Below, one piece after another: positions 48,600-58,439 of a stretch of DNA of 64,000 nt. The notes under the pieces were generated by a model. That model was given only the letters and a program-made list of their open reading frames with translations. It was not told where the DNA came from and did not search any database. Numbering within the stretch: position 1 is the first letter of the stretch; every line of letters begins with the position of its first letter. Origin of the DNA: an uncultured Solirubrobacteraceae bacterium (lineage in GTDB: Bacteria > Actinomycetota > Thermoleophilia > Solirubrobacterales > Solirubrobacteraceae). The stretch is taken from assembly GCA_964588985.1 (NCBI GenBank), contig CAZPQW010000008.1:68509-132508 (forward strand), in the 5' to 3' direction. The translations under genes and the position numbers were made by a program.

Positions 48600-48621
48600 C
48601 GGCCGGGAAGCTTAGTTAAGA

Positions 48622-48640
48622 GGCGGCCTCGAGGGCCGCC
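48622..48640 (-). terminator. Putative intrinsic terminator of the cys operon
   Basis: GGCGGCC-5nt-GGCCGCC stem followed by TCTT on the minus strand, 40 nt after the cysN stop. Confidence 0.45.
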
Positions 48641-48679
48641 CCGCGGGTCGCGTGGCGATTCTGCCGGCGCTGGGTGCGC

Positions 48680-49969
48680 TCACGTGGCCTCGACGATCAT
48701 CCCCGCGCCGACGGTGCCGTTGGTGGTCTCGTCGATGAGGATGAAGCTGCCGGTGCGGCGGTTGCTCGTGTAGGGGTCGAACACGAGCGGGGAGCTGGTG
48801 CGCAGGCGTACTCGGCCGATGTCGTTGAGCTCGAGCTGCCCGGAGGGGTCGATGCGCTCGAGCGTGTGCACCTCGAGCAGGTCGTCGATCGAGTCCACGA
48901 TCGCGGTGACGTGACGCGAGGTGTGCTTGAGCAGGTAGCGCGCGCCGGCGCGCAGCGGCGCGTCGGCCATCCAGCACACGTCCGCGTGCAGCTCGCGCGC
49001 GACCACGGGAGACTCGTCGGGGTGGCAGATCAGCTCGCCGCGGGAGATGTCGAGGTCGTCCTCCAGGCGCAGCGTGAGCGACATCGGCGCCATCGCCTCC
49101 GCGAGCTCGCCGTCGTAGGTGTCGATCGCGGCGATCCGGGTGCGCCCTCCTGCGGGCAGCACCGCGACCTCGTCGCCGACGCGCAGCGCGCCGCTGGCGA
49201 GCTGGCCCGCGTAGCCGCGGTAATCGCTCGTGGCTGCAGCGGCGGCCGCCGCTGGCCGGATGACCCACTGCACGGGGAAGCGCGCGGGCTTCTCGTCTGG
49301 GTGGTCGTAGGCGACCTCCACCTGCTCGAGCAGGTCGAGCAGCACCGGGCCGTCGTACCAGTCCATCCGCTGCGAGCGCTCCACGACGTTGTCGCCCTCG
49401 AGCGCGGACATCGGGATGTAGGAGGTTGCGATCCGCCGCGGGTTCTTGCCGCCGCGGAGCTTCTCCGCAAAGGCCTCGAACTCGGCGACGAGCTCCTCGT
49501 AGCGGGCCTGGGAGTAGTCGACGAGGTCCATCTTGTTGATCGCCACGACCATCTCGGGGATGCCGAGCAGCGCGCTCAGGAACGCGTGGCGCTTCGACTG
49601 CTCCAGGACGCCCCTGCGCGCGTCGATCAGCACCACGGCCACATCCGCGGTGGACGCGCCGGTGACCATGTTGCGCGTGTACTGGCGGTGGCCGGGGCAG
49701 TCGGCGATGATGAAGCGGCGCTTGAGCGTGGCGAAATAGCGGTACGCGACGTCGATCGTGATGCCCTGCTCACGCTCAGCGCGCAGCCCGTCGGTGAGCA
49801 GCGCGAGGTCGAGCGTGCCCTCGCCGCCGCGGCGCTCGGAGGCCTGCGCGACGTGCTCGAGCTGATCCTCGAACACCTGCTTGGAGTCGTACAGCAGCCT
49901 GCCGATGAGCGTGCTCTTGCCGTCGTCGACCGAGCCGGCGGTGGTAAAGCGCAGGAGGTCGAGGGTCAC
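48680..49969 (-). CDS. cysN: Sulfate adenylyltransferase subunit 1 (no fused APS kinase)
   Basis: GSVDDGKST, EREQGITIDVAY, DCPGH, NKMD, SAL; ends TVGAGMI. Confidence 0.95.
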   Translation of the reverse strand: MTLDLLRFTTAGSVDDGKSTLIGRLLYDSKQVFEDQLEHVAQASERRGGEGTLDLALLTDGLRAEREQGITIDVAYRYFATLKRRFIIADCPGHRQYTRNMVTGASTADVAVVLIDARRGVLEQSKRHAFLSALLGIPEMVVAINKMDLVDYSQARYEELVAEFEAFAEKLRGGKNPRRIATSYIPMSALEGDNVVERSQRMDWYDGPVLLDLLEQVEVAYDHPDEKPARFPVQWVIRPAAAAAAATSDYRGYAGQLASGALRVGDEVAVLPAGGRTRIAAIDTYDGELAEAMAPMSLTLRLEDDLDISRGELICHPDESPVVARELHADVCWMADAPLRAGARYLLKHTSRHVTAIVDSIDDLLEVHTLERIDPSGQLELNDIGRVRLRTSSPLVFDPYTSNRRTGSFILIDETTNGTVGAGMIVEAT

Positions 49970-49988
49970 GGGTGCTCGACTCGGGGCA

Positions 49989-50906
49989 CTAGAAGTAGCC
50001 GGCCTTCTTGCGGTCCTCCATCGCGGCCTCCGAGACCCGATCGTCCGCGCGGGTCTCGCCCCGCTCGGTGATGCGCGTGGCCGCGATCTCGAGCACGACC
50101 TCCTCGAGCGTGGTGGCGCGCGATCGCACGCCACCGGTGCAGCTCATGTCGCCGACCGTGCGGTAGCGCACCGTGTCGGTGAACACCTCCTCACCCTCGA
50201 TCAGCTCGGTGCCCTCGCGCCACGCGTACAGCATCCCGTCGCGCTTGAACACCTCGCGGTCGTGGGAGAAGTAGATCGACGGGACCTCGAGCTGCTCCTG
50301 GTCGATGTACTCCCACACGTCGAGCTCGGTCCAGTTCGACAGCGGGAACACGCGCACGTGCTCGCCCTTCTTGATCCGCCCGTTGTAGAGGTTCCACAGC
50401 TCCGGGCGCTGGTTCTTGGGGTCCCACTGGCCGAAGTCGTCGCGGAAGGACATGATCCGCTCCTTCGCCCGCGCGCGCTCCTCGTCGCGGCGCGCGCCGC
50501 CGAAGGCCGCGTCGAAGCCATGCTCCGCGATCGCGTCGAGCAGCGTGACTGTCTGCAGCTTGTTGCGCGAGGCGCGCGGCCCGGTCTCCTCTATCGCGCG
50601 TCCGCTGTCGATCGAGTCCTGCACGCTCGCCACGATCAGCCGCTCGCCCAGCTCGGCCACGCGGCGGTCGCGGAACTCGATCACCTCGGGGAAGTTGTGG
50701 CCCGTGTCGACGTGCATCAACGGGAACGGGAACGGCGCGGGACGGAACGCCTTCTCCGCCAAGCGCAGCAGCACGATCGAGTCCTTGCCGCCGCTGAACA
50801 GCAGCACCGGCCGCTCGAATTCGGCGGCCACCTCGCGCATCACGTGAATCGCCTCGGACTCCAGCGCCCGCAGATGGCTCAGCTGAGGGCGCGCGGCGAC
50901 GCTCAC
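49989..50906 (-). CDS. cysD: Sulfate adenylyltransferase subunit 2
   Basis: LESEAIH, FSGGKDS, GGARRDEE, QRPELW, MEDRKKAGYF. Confidence 0.96.
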   Translation of the reverse strand: MSVAARPQLSHLRALESEAIHVMREVAAEFERPVLLFSGGKDSIVLLRLAEKAFRPAPFPFPLMHVDTGHNFPEVIEFRDRRVAELGERLIVASVQDSIDSGRAIEETGPRASRNKLQTVTLLDAIAEHGFDAAFGGARRDEERARAKERIMSFRDDFGQWDPKNQRPELWNLYNGRIKKGEHVRVFPLSNWTELDVWEYIDQEQLEVPSIYFSHDREVFKRDGMLYAWREGTELIEGEEVFTDTVRYRTVGDMSCTGGVRSRATTLEEVVLEIAATRITERGETRADDRVSEAAMEDRKKAGYF

Positions 50907-50907
50907 G

Positions 50908-51612
50908 TCAGTCGCCGAACGTCTCGACGTGCAATCCGCACTCCGTCTTGTCCGTGCCTGCCCAGCGGCCCTCGCGGCCGCTGCCGGGCTGGGTGCACGG
51001 CGCGCAGCCGATCGACTCGTAGCCCTGGTCGTGCAGCGGGTTGTAGGGCAGGTCGCGCTCGTGGATGCGCCGCCACAGGTCCTTGTCGGTCCAGTGCGCG
51101 AGCGGGTTGTACTTCCACAGGCCGCGGCGCTCGTCGCGTTCGATCAACTCGGTTTCGGCGCGCGTGGGGCCCTGCTCGCGGCGGATGCCGGTGATCCAGC
51201 CCTCGGCTCCCGCTAGCGAGCTTTCCAACGCCGCGACCTTGGCCCCCGAGCAGCAGTGCTCGGGTCCGCTCCACGGTCGCTCGGGGTTGCTCGCGTCCTG
51301 AACCTCGATCGTCACGCCGAAGCGCTCCTCGAACGCGCGCCACGTCGCGAGCGTCTCAGGGAACAGCACGCCGGTGTCGATCGTCACGACCCTCACGGAC
51401 TTGCCCGTTCCTTGATCGAGCCTCAGTAGCTCGTCGAGCAGCACCGACTCCTCCTTCTGGAAGGAGCACAGCAGCACGGCGTGTTCACCGTGGCGGGCGG
51501 CCTCGCGCAGCGTGTGCGTCAGGCTCAGCGCCGGGTCGATCTTGACCTCTGCTGCTATGTGGCTGTTCAGCGGGCTCATTGGATCTTGGTCGTCTCGTTT
51601 CCTTGTCGGCAT
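50908..51612 (-). CDS. cysH: APS/PAPS reductase; the CC and CxxC motifs indicate a [4Fe-4S] APS reductase
   Basis: DTGVLFPET, HCC, WITGIRREQ, SIGCAPCT, REGRW, KTECGLH; start uncertain (51612/51579). Confidence 0.9.
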   Translation of the reverse strand: MPTRKRDDQDPMSPLNSHIAAEVKIDPALSLTHTLREAARHGEHAVLLCSFQKEESVLLDELLRLDQGTGKSVRVVTIDTGVLFPETLATWRAFEERFGVTIEVQDASNPERPWSGPEHCCSGAKVAALESSLAGAEGWITGIRREQGPTRAETELIERDERRGLWKYNPLAHWTDKDLWRRIHERDLPYNPLHDQGYESIGCAPCTQPGSGREGRWAGTDKTECGLHVETFGD

Positions 51613-51623
51613 CTCGGGGACAT

Positions 51624-53447
51624 CTATACAGCGCACTCGCCCTCGCCGCGAATCACTTCGAACGGGACGTTGCGGTTCCAGTCGATAAACGTGTTCATCG
51701 TCTCCAACCCGAAGTCCACCGGCAGCGACAGCTCCTTCACGAGGCCTTCGAGCTCGCCCGTGCCGATGCGCTGGGTGAACGGACCCCACTCCTCGCCGTC
51801 GGTGCGGTTGGCCTCGTAGTGGCGGATCCAGCGCTCGATCGCCTCGGGCACGCGCTTGGCCGGTAGGCGCAGCTTCAGGCGCGTGCCGAACACCACCTCG
51901 CCTCCTTCGTACACGCCGCCCACGTGGGGGATGTACGCCGGGATCGTGTGGTCGCCCACTTTGATCGACGCGCCGTAGAAGCCGATGTCGGCCACGTGGT
52001 GCTGGGAGCAGCCGTTGGGGCAGCCGCTCATCTTGATGTGGATCTGACGGGTCAGCGGGTCGGTCAGCTCCATCGCTTCCACGCGCTCCTGGACCGCCTG
52101 GTTGAGGCCCATCGAGCTGGTGATCCCGAGCTTGCAGGAGTCAGTGCCGGGGCATGAGACGACGTCGTCGATTTCACGCGAACCGGCGTCGCCGAGACCG
52201 AGCTCGCCGAGCGCACGCCACACGTCGTACACGCTCTCCTCGCGCACCCAGCGCAGCAGCAGGTTCTGCTGCACGGTCGTGCGCGCGTAGCCTCCGGCGT
52301 AGGAGCGCATGATCGCCGCGAGACCGCGGAACTGCGCGGGCGTGAGGTCGCCACGGGTGATCTTGACCTCGACCGTCACGAAGCCGTCCTGCTTCTGCTC
52401 GGCCACGTTCGCCGCGCGGAAGCGCTCGAACTCCGAAAGGTCGCCGTTCGGGCTGCCGTAGCTCTGCGGCGGGGCGGGCGCGGACTCGCGCTCGTCGTGC
52501 ACGAACAGGCGGTGCTCGACGGAGAAGTCGCGTTCCTTGACCCAGTCGCCCTCGAGCTCCTCCTCGACCTGGCGGCGCAGCTCCTCGATGCCGAACTTGT
52601 CCACGAACACCTTGATGCGCGCGCGGGCGCGGTTCACGCGCAGCCACTCCTGGCGGTCGAAGATCCGGAACACCGCCTCGGCGATCTTCAGGTACTCGCC
52701 GTCGTCGAGCCCCACGAAGTCGTACAGCGCGGGCGCCACACGCGGCATGATCGACGTGCCGCCGCCGACGAGCATCTCAGCGCCGCGCACCTCGCGGCCG
52801 TCGATCTCCTTGAGGCGCGCGCGGTAGGCGATGTCGTGGATGCCGCTGATCGCGCGGTCGCGCGGGCTGCCGTCGAACGCGGTCTTGATCTTGCGCGGCA
52901 TCGCCTGCGTGGTGGGATGGCGCACGAAGTAGCGCACGTACGCGCCCGCGTACGGGGTCATGTCGAACAGCTCGTCCTTCGCCACGCCCGCCCACGGGTC
53001 GGCGGTGACGTTGCGCACGGTGTTTCCGCAGCCCTCGCGGCTCGACAGCCCCGACTCGCTCAGCTCGTGGATCGCCGGCTCCATTTCCGCCAGCGGGATG
53101 TGGTGGATCTGGACGTTCTGACGGGTCGTGACGTGGCCCTTTTTCAGCGGCGCGTACTTCTCGACGACGTTCGCGAACGACTCCATCTGCTCGGGCGTGA
53201 CCCCGCCGAAGGGAAGCTTCACGCGGACCATGTTCACGTCCGGCTGGCGCTGGCCGTATACCCCCTGCTTGAGGCGGAACTTGATGAACTCGTCCTCGGG
53301 CGTGTCGCCGGCGAGGAATTTGGTCGCCTCCGTCTTGAAGTCGTCGAACTCCTGCTCGAGGATCGGGATCACATGCCCAGGGACGTTCTGCAGGACCTCT
53401 GGGTCCTCGAGCGTGCCGCGCTGGGCGGAGATGGAACCTGGCTCCAT
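51624..53447 (-). CDS. sir: Ferredoxin-dependent sulfite reductase (siroheme)
   Basis: GVYGQRQ, TTRQN, PRK.K, CPGTDSC and SGCPNGC cluster ligands; heads the cys operon; GGAGG RBS. Confidence 0.88.
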   Translation of the reverse strand: MEPGSISAQRGTLEDPEVLQNVPGHVIPILEQEFDDFKTEATKFLAGDTPEDEFIKFRLKQGVYGQRQPDVNMVRVKLPFGGVTPEQMESFANVVEKYAPLKKGHVTTRQNVQIHHIPLAEMEPAIHELSESGLSSREGCGNTVRNVTADPWAGVAKDELFDMTPYAGAYVRYFVRHPTTQAMPRKIKTAFDGSPRDRAISGIHDIAYRARLKEIDGREVRGAEMLVGGGTSIMPRVAPALYDFVGLDDGEYLKIAEAVFRIFDRQEWLRVNRARARIKVFVDKFGIEELRRQVEEELEGDWVKERDFSVEHRLFVHDERESAPAPPQSYGSPNGDLSEFERFRAANVAEQKQDGFVTVEVKITRGDLTPAQFRGLAAIMRSYAGGYARTTVQQNLLLRWVREESVYDVWRALGELGLGDAGSREIDDVVSCPGTDSCKLGITSSMGLNQAVQERVEAMELTDPLTRQIHIKMSGCPNGCSQHHVADIGFYGASIKVGDHTIPAYIPHVGGVYEGGEVVFGTRLKLRLPAKRVPEAIERWIRHYEANRTDGEEWGPFTQRIGTGELEGLVKELSLPVDFGLETMNTFIDWNRNVPFEVIRGEGECAV

Positions 53448-53525
53448 GTTGCGAAAACCTCCTGATCCGGACGCCTCGGCCCGGCTGCTGTTCGACTGTA
53501 CGCTTGGCGGGAGAGCTATTGGGCT

Positions 53526-53548
53526 AAAGCCTAGCGGCTTTTAGGTAT
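53526..53548. promoter_or_regulatory. AT-flanked dyad upstream of sir (operator or terminator)
   Basis: AAAGCC-TAGC-GGCTTT (53526-53541) overlapping CCTA-N8-TAGG (53530-53545). Confidence 0.4.
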
Positions 53549-53759
53549 TTATCCAGGGGTTGGGAGCATCGTGCTCAGGCTCGCGCGAGACCCCTTCGAG
53601 AACAGCCGCGCCCCGCCAGGGATCGAGTCGCTCCACGGGGCCGCTCGCGGCCGGTGCGGTGGCTCGCATGAACGTCTCCAACGCAGCCGCGATCGCTGCC
53701 GCCTCCTCGGGCGATGGGGCTGGCGTGAGGACGTGTGGTGTTCGGCCTGTGTCGGTCAT
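53541..53759 (-). CDS. Putative acyl-CoA carboxylase epsilon subunit
   Basis: PSPEEAAAIAAAL..Ala/Pro linker..PW pattern; lies on the same strand between the beta and alpha subunit genes. Confidence 0.65.
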   Translation of the reverse strand: MTDTGRTPHVLTPAPSPEEAAAIAAALETFMRATAPAASGPVERLDPWRGAAVLEGVSREPEHDAPNPWINT

Positions 53760-53838
53760 CCACATGCATTGTGACGGAGGACGGTGGGTTTGGACAATCC
53801 CCCGATTGTTCGGAACACCGATACACTTGCTATCGCAC

Positions 53839-54522
53839 ATGCCTTCGCCGCCGATCCCACGGGTGTCCGTTCCCGACCACGTCTTTGCCCGTCTCAGCGA
53901 GGCGATCCTCGCGGGGCACTACCGGCCGGGTGAAAGGTTGCCGCCACAGCGGGCGCTCGCGGCGGACCTGCAGGTGAACATGGCCTCGATCCGCGAGGCG
54001 CTCGGGCGCCTGGAGCAGCTTCGCCTGATCGACGTACGTCACGGCGACGGCGCACGGGTGCTCGACTGGCGACGCTCCGGCGGCCTGGAGGCGCTCGTGC
54101 TCCACGCGGGCGTCGGGTCGTCGGTGATCGGCGACGTGTTCGAGGCGCGACGGCTGCTGCTCGTCGAGGCGGCTCGACTTGCAGCTGGTCGGCGCTCGGA
54201 GAAGCAGGCCGTGGAGCTGGTCGGCCTGGCCGATGCGGTGGCGACGGCGATGGACGACGAGGCGGCACTGCTGGCCGACTGGGAGTTTATGGCGGCGCTC
54301 GTGGAGGCGGCGGGCAACCTGGTCTTCCAGCTGGTGATGAATTCGGTGCGCGAGCTCTACCTGCCGCACGCGCAGGCGTTCGCGGCGCTGGTGGAGCGCA
54401 GGGACGAGCTGTCGGCGTCATATGCGCGGGTGGCGTCCGCCGTGGGCGACGGCGATGGGCAGGCGGCGGCAGCTGAGATCGACGAGCTCGTCAGTGCGCA
54501 GGGCGCGCTGATGCTCGGATGA
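53839..54522 (+). CDS. GntR family (FadR subfamily) transcriptional regulator
   Basis: G.YRPGERLP, REAL..L, VRHGDG; C-terminal EARRLL, AAGN; dyad TGTTCGGAACA upstream. Confidence 0.9.
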   Translation: MPSPPIPRVSVPDHVFARLSEAILAGHYRPGERLPPQRALAADLQVNMASIREALGRLEQLRLIDVRHGDGARVLDWRRSGGLEALVLHAGVGSSVIGDVFEARRLLLVEAARLAAGRRSEKQAVELVGLADAVATAMDDEAALLADWEFMAALVEAAGNLVFQLVMNSVRELYLPHAQAFAALVERRDELSASYARVASAVGDGDGQAAAAEIDELVSAQGALMLG

Positions 54523-54776
54523 GCGCGGGGCTCGACAGCTTCATGTCCGCCGCGCCGCTGCCTCAGCGTGTGGGGATGCGCATACTCGTGGCGCTCGCGC
54601 GCCGTCCGCGGGGAGCGGCGCTGCTGGCGCGCGCTCCGCTGGCGGCGCAGGCCGCGAACGCGATCCTCGGGCTGGAGCGCTATGACGAGCCGGGGCTCGC
54701 GCACGAGCTCGGCTGGGACGCGGACGCGGTCGTGGCGCGCGGGCGCGCTCTGCGTCGCGCGGAGGGACGGCCGTGA
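54519..54776 (+). CDS. Small hypothetical protein, possible GMC dehydrogenase accessory subunit
   Basis: 4-nt overlaps with both neighbours; Y......LGWD motif. Confidence 0.55.
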   Translation: MSAGLDSFMSAAPLPQRVGMRILVALARRPRGAALLARAPLAAQAANAILGLERYDEPGLAHELGWDADAVVARGRALRRAEGRP

Positions 54777-56236
54777 CGGAGCTCCTCGACGCGGACGTGT
54801 GCGTGATCGGCGCGGGCGCCGGCGGAGCGGTGGTGGCGGCGGAGCTGGCGGAGGGCGGCGCGCGCGTGGTGCTGCTCGAGCAGGGCTCGCACCACGACCC
54901 CGACGGCTTCAGCGCACGCCCGCCGGAGATGCTTGCGCGCCTGTATCGCGACGGCGGGCAGACGACCACGCTCGGCTCGCCGCCGATCCTGCTGCCCCTC
55001 GGTCGCGGGCTGGGAGGCACGACGCTCGTGAACTCCGGCACGTGCTTTCGCACCCCCGCGCACGTGCTCGAGCGCTGGTCCGCGGAGTTCGGCCTCGAGC
55101 TGGACGAGGCCACGCTGCGGCCGTGCTTCGAGCGCGTGGAAGCTGCGCTGTCGGTGGCGGAGGTCACGCCCGAGCTGGCCGGCGCCAACGCCGCCGTGGC
55201 GCGGCGCGGCGCTGAGCGGCTGGGCTGGTCGCACGGCTACCTGCGGCGCAACGCGCGCGGATGTGTGGGCTCGGGCGTGTGCGTGTTCGGCTGCCCTACC
55301 TCCGCCAAGCAGCACACCGGGATCACCTACATCCCCCGCGCAACGGTCGCCGGGACACGGATCGTGACCGGTGCGGACGTGCGCGAGCTGATCGTCCGGG
55401 GCGGCGAGGCCCGCGGCGCCCGCGCGCGGCTCGCAGGAGGGCAAGCCGTCGAGGTGCGCGCGCCGACGGTGGTGGTCGCGTGCGGGACGATCCACACGCC
55501 GCTGCTGCTGGCGCGCAACCGGCTCGGAGGTGTTTCCGGGCAGCTCGGGCGCAACCTCGCGCTGCACCCCGCCACAGCGGCGTTTGCGCTGATGGAGGAG
55601 ACGGTTGACATGGCGCGCGGCGTGCCGCAGAGCTTCTACGTCGACGAGTTCGCCGCCGAGGGCGTCATGTTCGAGGGCGTCGCGGGGCCACCGGCGTATG
55701 CGGCGATGGCGCTGCCGCTCACCGGCGAGCGTCACGCGCGGGCGATGGCTCAGTACCCGCGTCTGGCCCAGTTCGGGCTGATGGTGAGCGACACATCGCG
55801 CGGGCAGGTGAGCTCGCTAGCGGGTAGGCCGGTGATCCGATACTCGCTCTCAGAGCAGGATGTGGTGAAGTTCCGCCTCGGCCTGGCGCGGCTGGAGGAG
55901 CTGTTCCTCGCGGCGGGTGCGCGCGAGGTCTACCTGCCGCTGCCGGAAGGTGTGGAGCCGGCCCGCGCGCGAGCACGAGACCTCAAACTGTTGGCGTTCC
56001 ATCCGCTCGGTACAGCCCGCGCGGACGCGTGTGCGACGCGCGGTGTCGTCGACGGCGACCTCGCGGTGCACGGCGTCCGCGGTGTGCACGTGGCGGACGG
56101 CTCGGTTGTGCCGAGCGCCCTGGGCGTGAATCCGCAGATGACGATCATGGCGCTCGCGACCCGGCTCGCCTTCCGGCTGCTCGGTCGCGCGGTGCCGCCC
56201 ACGAACGAGAGCGAGGAGACCGTATGTCCTTCCTGA
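54773..56236 (+). CDS. GMC family oxidoreductase (long-chain alcohol oxidase-like)
   Basis: IGAGAGG, GRGLGGTTLVN, C.G.G.C.FGCP, GRNL.LHP, HPLGT, DGS..P...GVNP. Confidence 0.9.
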   Translation: MTELLDADVCVIGAGAGGAVVAAELAEGGARVVLLEQGSHHDPDGFSARPPEMLARLYRDGGQTTTLGSPPILLPLGRGLGGTTLVNSGTCFRTPAHVLERWSAEFGLELDEATLRPCFERVEAALSVAEVTPELAGANAAVARRGAERLGWSHGYLRRNARGCVGSGVCVFGCPTSAKQHTGITYIPRATVAGTRIVTGADVRELIVRGGEARGARARLAGGQAVEVRAPTVVVACGTIHTPLLLARNRLGGVSGQLGRNLALHPATAAFALMEETVDMARGVPQSFYVDEFAAEGVMFEGVAGPPAYAAMALPLTGERHARAMAQYPRLAQFGLMVSDTSRGQVSSLAGRPVIRYSLSEQDVVKFRLGLARLEELFLAAGAREVYLPLPEGVEPARARARDLKLLAFHPLGTARADACATRGVVDGDLAVHGVRGVHVADGSVVPSALGVNPQMTIMALATRLAFRLLGRAVPPTNESEETVCPS

Positions 56237-56559
56237 TCGACCCACCGTGGCTGTACGCCACCGGCCGCGTGTACGGCCGCCTGATGCCCGAGCGCACGCC
56301 CGTGGCGAGAACGATTCACACCGCCACGGCGGGAGCGTTCCTCGCGACGAGCATCTCGCTGTACCTCAATCGGCCATGGACCAAGCCGATCTGGGAGGCC
56401 TGTCGTGCCGAGGACGGGCGCGACTGGATGCTCAACTCCGGGGTCTTCCGCTTCGATCCCAAGCGCGCCGGGAAACGGACGCACATCGTCTCGGCGCTGT
56501 TGTTCGCGACCTATCCATGGTGGTTGTGGCTCGGCGAACGGGCGGGGCGCAGGCGCTGA
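56224..56559 (+). CDS. Small membrane hypothetical protein
   Basis: GAGGAG RBS; MSFLIDPP start; hydrophobic segments; GRDWMLNSG. Confidence 0.65.
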   Translation: MSFLIDPPWLYATGRVYGRLMPERTPVARTIHTATAGAFLATSISLYLNRPWTKPIWEACRAEDGRDWMLNSGVFRFDPKRAGKRTHIVSALLFATYPWWLWLGERAGRRR

Positions 56560-56574
56560 GAGCGATGCCCGACA

Positions 56575-56604
56575 TCCATGTGGACGCGATTTCGTCCACA
56601 TGGA
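56575..56604. terminator. Perfect 12-bp inverted repeat between convergent genes, probable bidirectional terminator
   Basis: TCCATGTGGACG-CGATTT-CGTCCACATGGA, followed by CGCTTTT. Confidence 0.6.
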
Positions 56605-56625
56605 CGCTTTTGGATCCAGTGCCCC

Positions 56626-58266
56626 CTAGAGCGGGATGTTGCCGTGCTTGCGCTTCGGGCCCGGTTCGCGCTTGCTCTGCAGCGTGTGCAGCGCCGTGAT
56701 CAGTCGCGGGCGCGTCTCGTGCGGGACGATCACGTCGTCGATGTAGCCGCGCTCGGCCGCTGTGTAGGGGTTGGCGAAGCGCGCCTTGTAGTCGTCCATG
56801 AGCTTCTTGCGACGCTCGTCCGGCGTGGGGCTCGCGGCGATGTCGCGCCGGTAGATGATGTTCACGGCACCCTCCGGTCCCATCACCGCCACCTCGGAGG
56901 TGGGCCAGGCGAAGTTGAAGTCGGCGAGCAGGTGCTTTGAGGCCATCACGTCATAAGCGCCGCCGTAGGCCTTGCGTGTGATCACGGTGATCTTCGGCAC
57001 CGTGGCCTCCGTAAACGCGTACAGCAGCTTCGCGCCGTGGCGGATGATCCCGCCCCACTCCTGCGCGGTCCCCGGCAGGAAGCCCGGAACGTCGGTAAAC
57101 GTGATCAGCGGGATGTTGAACGCGTCGCACGTGCGCACGAATCGCGCGGCCTTCGCGGACGCGTCGATGTCGAGCACGCCCGCGAGCTGCGCAGGCTGGT
57201 TGCCGACGATCCCCACCGCGAAGCCGTCCAGCCGCGAGAAGCCGCAGATGATGTTCTTCGCGTGGTGCTCGTGGACCTCGAAGAACTCTTCGTCGTCGAC
57301 GATCAGCTTCACGACGTTGCGCATGTCGTAGGGCTTGTTGGGATTATCGGGCACGACCGTGTCGAGCTCTGGGTCCATGCGCAGCGGGTCGTCGGTGGGC
57401 TCGACGCGCGGGGCGGTCTGCATGTTGTTCTGCGGCAGGAAGCTGATCAGGTAGCGGCAGTCCTCCAGGCACGCGTCCTCGTCCTCGGAGGCGAAGTGCG
57501 CGACGCCGGACTTGGTGTTGTGCGACATCGCCCCGCCCAGCTCCTCGAAGCCGACTTCCTCGCCCGTGACCGTCTTGATCACTTCGGGGCCGGTGATGAA
57601 CATGTGCGAGGTCTCCTTGACCATGAAGATGAAGTCGGTGATCGCCGGCGAGTAGACGGCCCCGCCAGCGCACGGTCCCATGATCAGGCTGATCTGCGGG
57701 ATCACGCCGGAGCACTTGACGTTGCGCACGAACACGTCGCCGTAGGCGCCGAGGGAGACCACGCCCTCCTGGATACGCGCGCCGCCGGAATCGTTGATGC
57801 CGACCACCGGGCAGCCGATCTTCGCCGCGAGGTCCATGACCTTGCACATCTTCTCGCCCATCACCTCGCCGAGCGAGCCGCCGAACACCGTGAAGTCCTG
57901 GCTGAACACGCACACCGTGCGACCGTCGATCGTGCCGTGCCCGGTCACGACCGCGTCGCCCCACGGCCGGTTCTTCTGCATGTCGAAGTCGTAGGTGCGA
58001 TGGCGCACGAACGTGTCGAGCTCCTGGAAGGAGCCCGGGTCGAGCAGCTTCTCGACGCGCTCGCGGGCGGTGTACTTGCCGCGCGCGTGCTGCTTCTCCT
58101 CCGCCTCGGGCGAGGAGTGCAGGGCCGCCTCGCGCAGCTCGTGCAGCTGCTCGAGCTTCTCCTCGTAGGTCTCCGGAGCCTTCTGGCGAGGGGGCTTGCG
58201 GTGCCCGCTGCGAGAGGCCGCGAGCAGGGCCGCGTCTGTCTGTCTGTCGTGGGAGCTCGGGGTCAT
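56626..58266 (-). CDS. pccB: Acyl-CoA (propionyl-CoA) carboxylase carboxyltransferase beta subunit
   Basis: [53 protein letters not shown]. Confidence 0.93.
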   Translation of the reverse strand: MTPSSHDRQTDAALLAASRSGHRKPPRQKAPETYEEKLEQLHELREAALHSSPEAEEKQHARGKYTARERVEKLLDPGSFQELDTFVRHRTYDFDMQKNRPWGDAVVTGHGTIDGRTVCVFSQDFTVFGGSLGEVMGEKMCKVMDLAAKIGCPVVGINDSGGARIQEGVVSLGAYGDVFVRNVKCSGVIPQISLIMGPCAGGAVYSPAITDFIFMVKETSHMFITGPEVIKTVTGEEVGFEELGGAMSHNTKSGVAHFASEDEDACLEDCRYLISFLPQNNMQTAPRVEPTDDPLRMDPELDTVVPDNPNKPYDMRNVVKLIVDDEEFFEVHEHHAKNIICGFSRLDGFAVGIVGNQPAQLAGVLDIDASAKAARFVRTCDAFNIPLITFTDVPGFLPGTAQEWGGIIRHGAKLLYAFTEATVPKITVITRKAYGGAYDVMASKHLLADFNFAWPTSEVAVMGPEGAVNIIYRRDIAASPTPDERRKKLMDDYKARFANPYTAAERGYIDDVIVPHETRPRLITALHTLQSKREPGPKRKHGNIPL

Positions 58267-58439
58267 GGGGCGCGGAATCTTAGCCGCTCGATGTCTCTAT
58301 CTGCCTCGCGCGGCGCCGGCCGCCGGATCGTGGGGTCCTACGGAGCGGCGCGACCAAGCTGAACCGCATCGCGAGCAATGTCGGAGACAGTTAGCCCAAA
58401 GAGATAGCTTTTCCCATAGCTCCGACTAATGTCGGGGCT

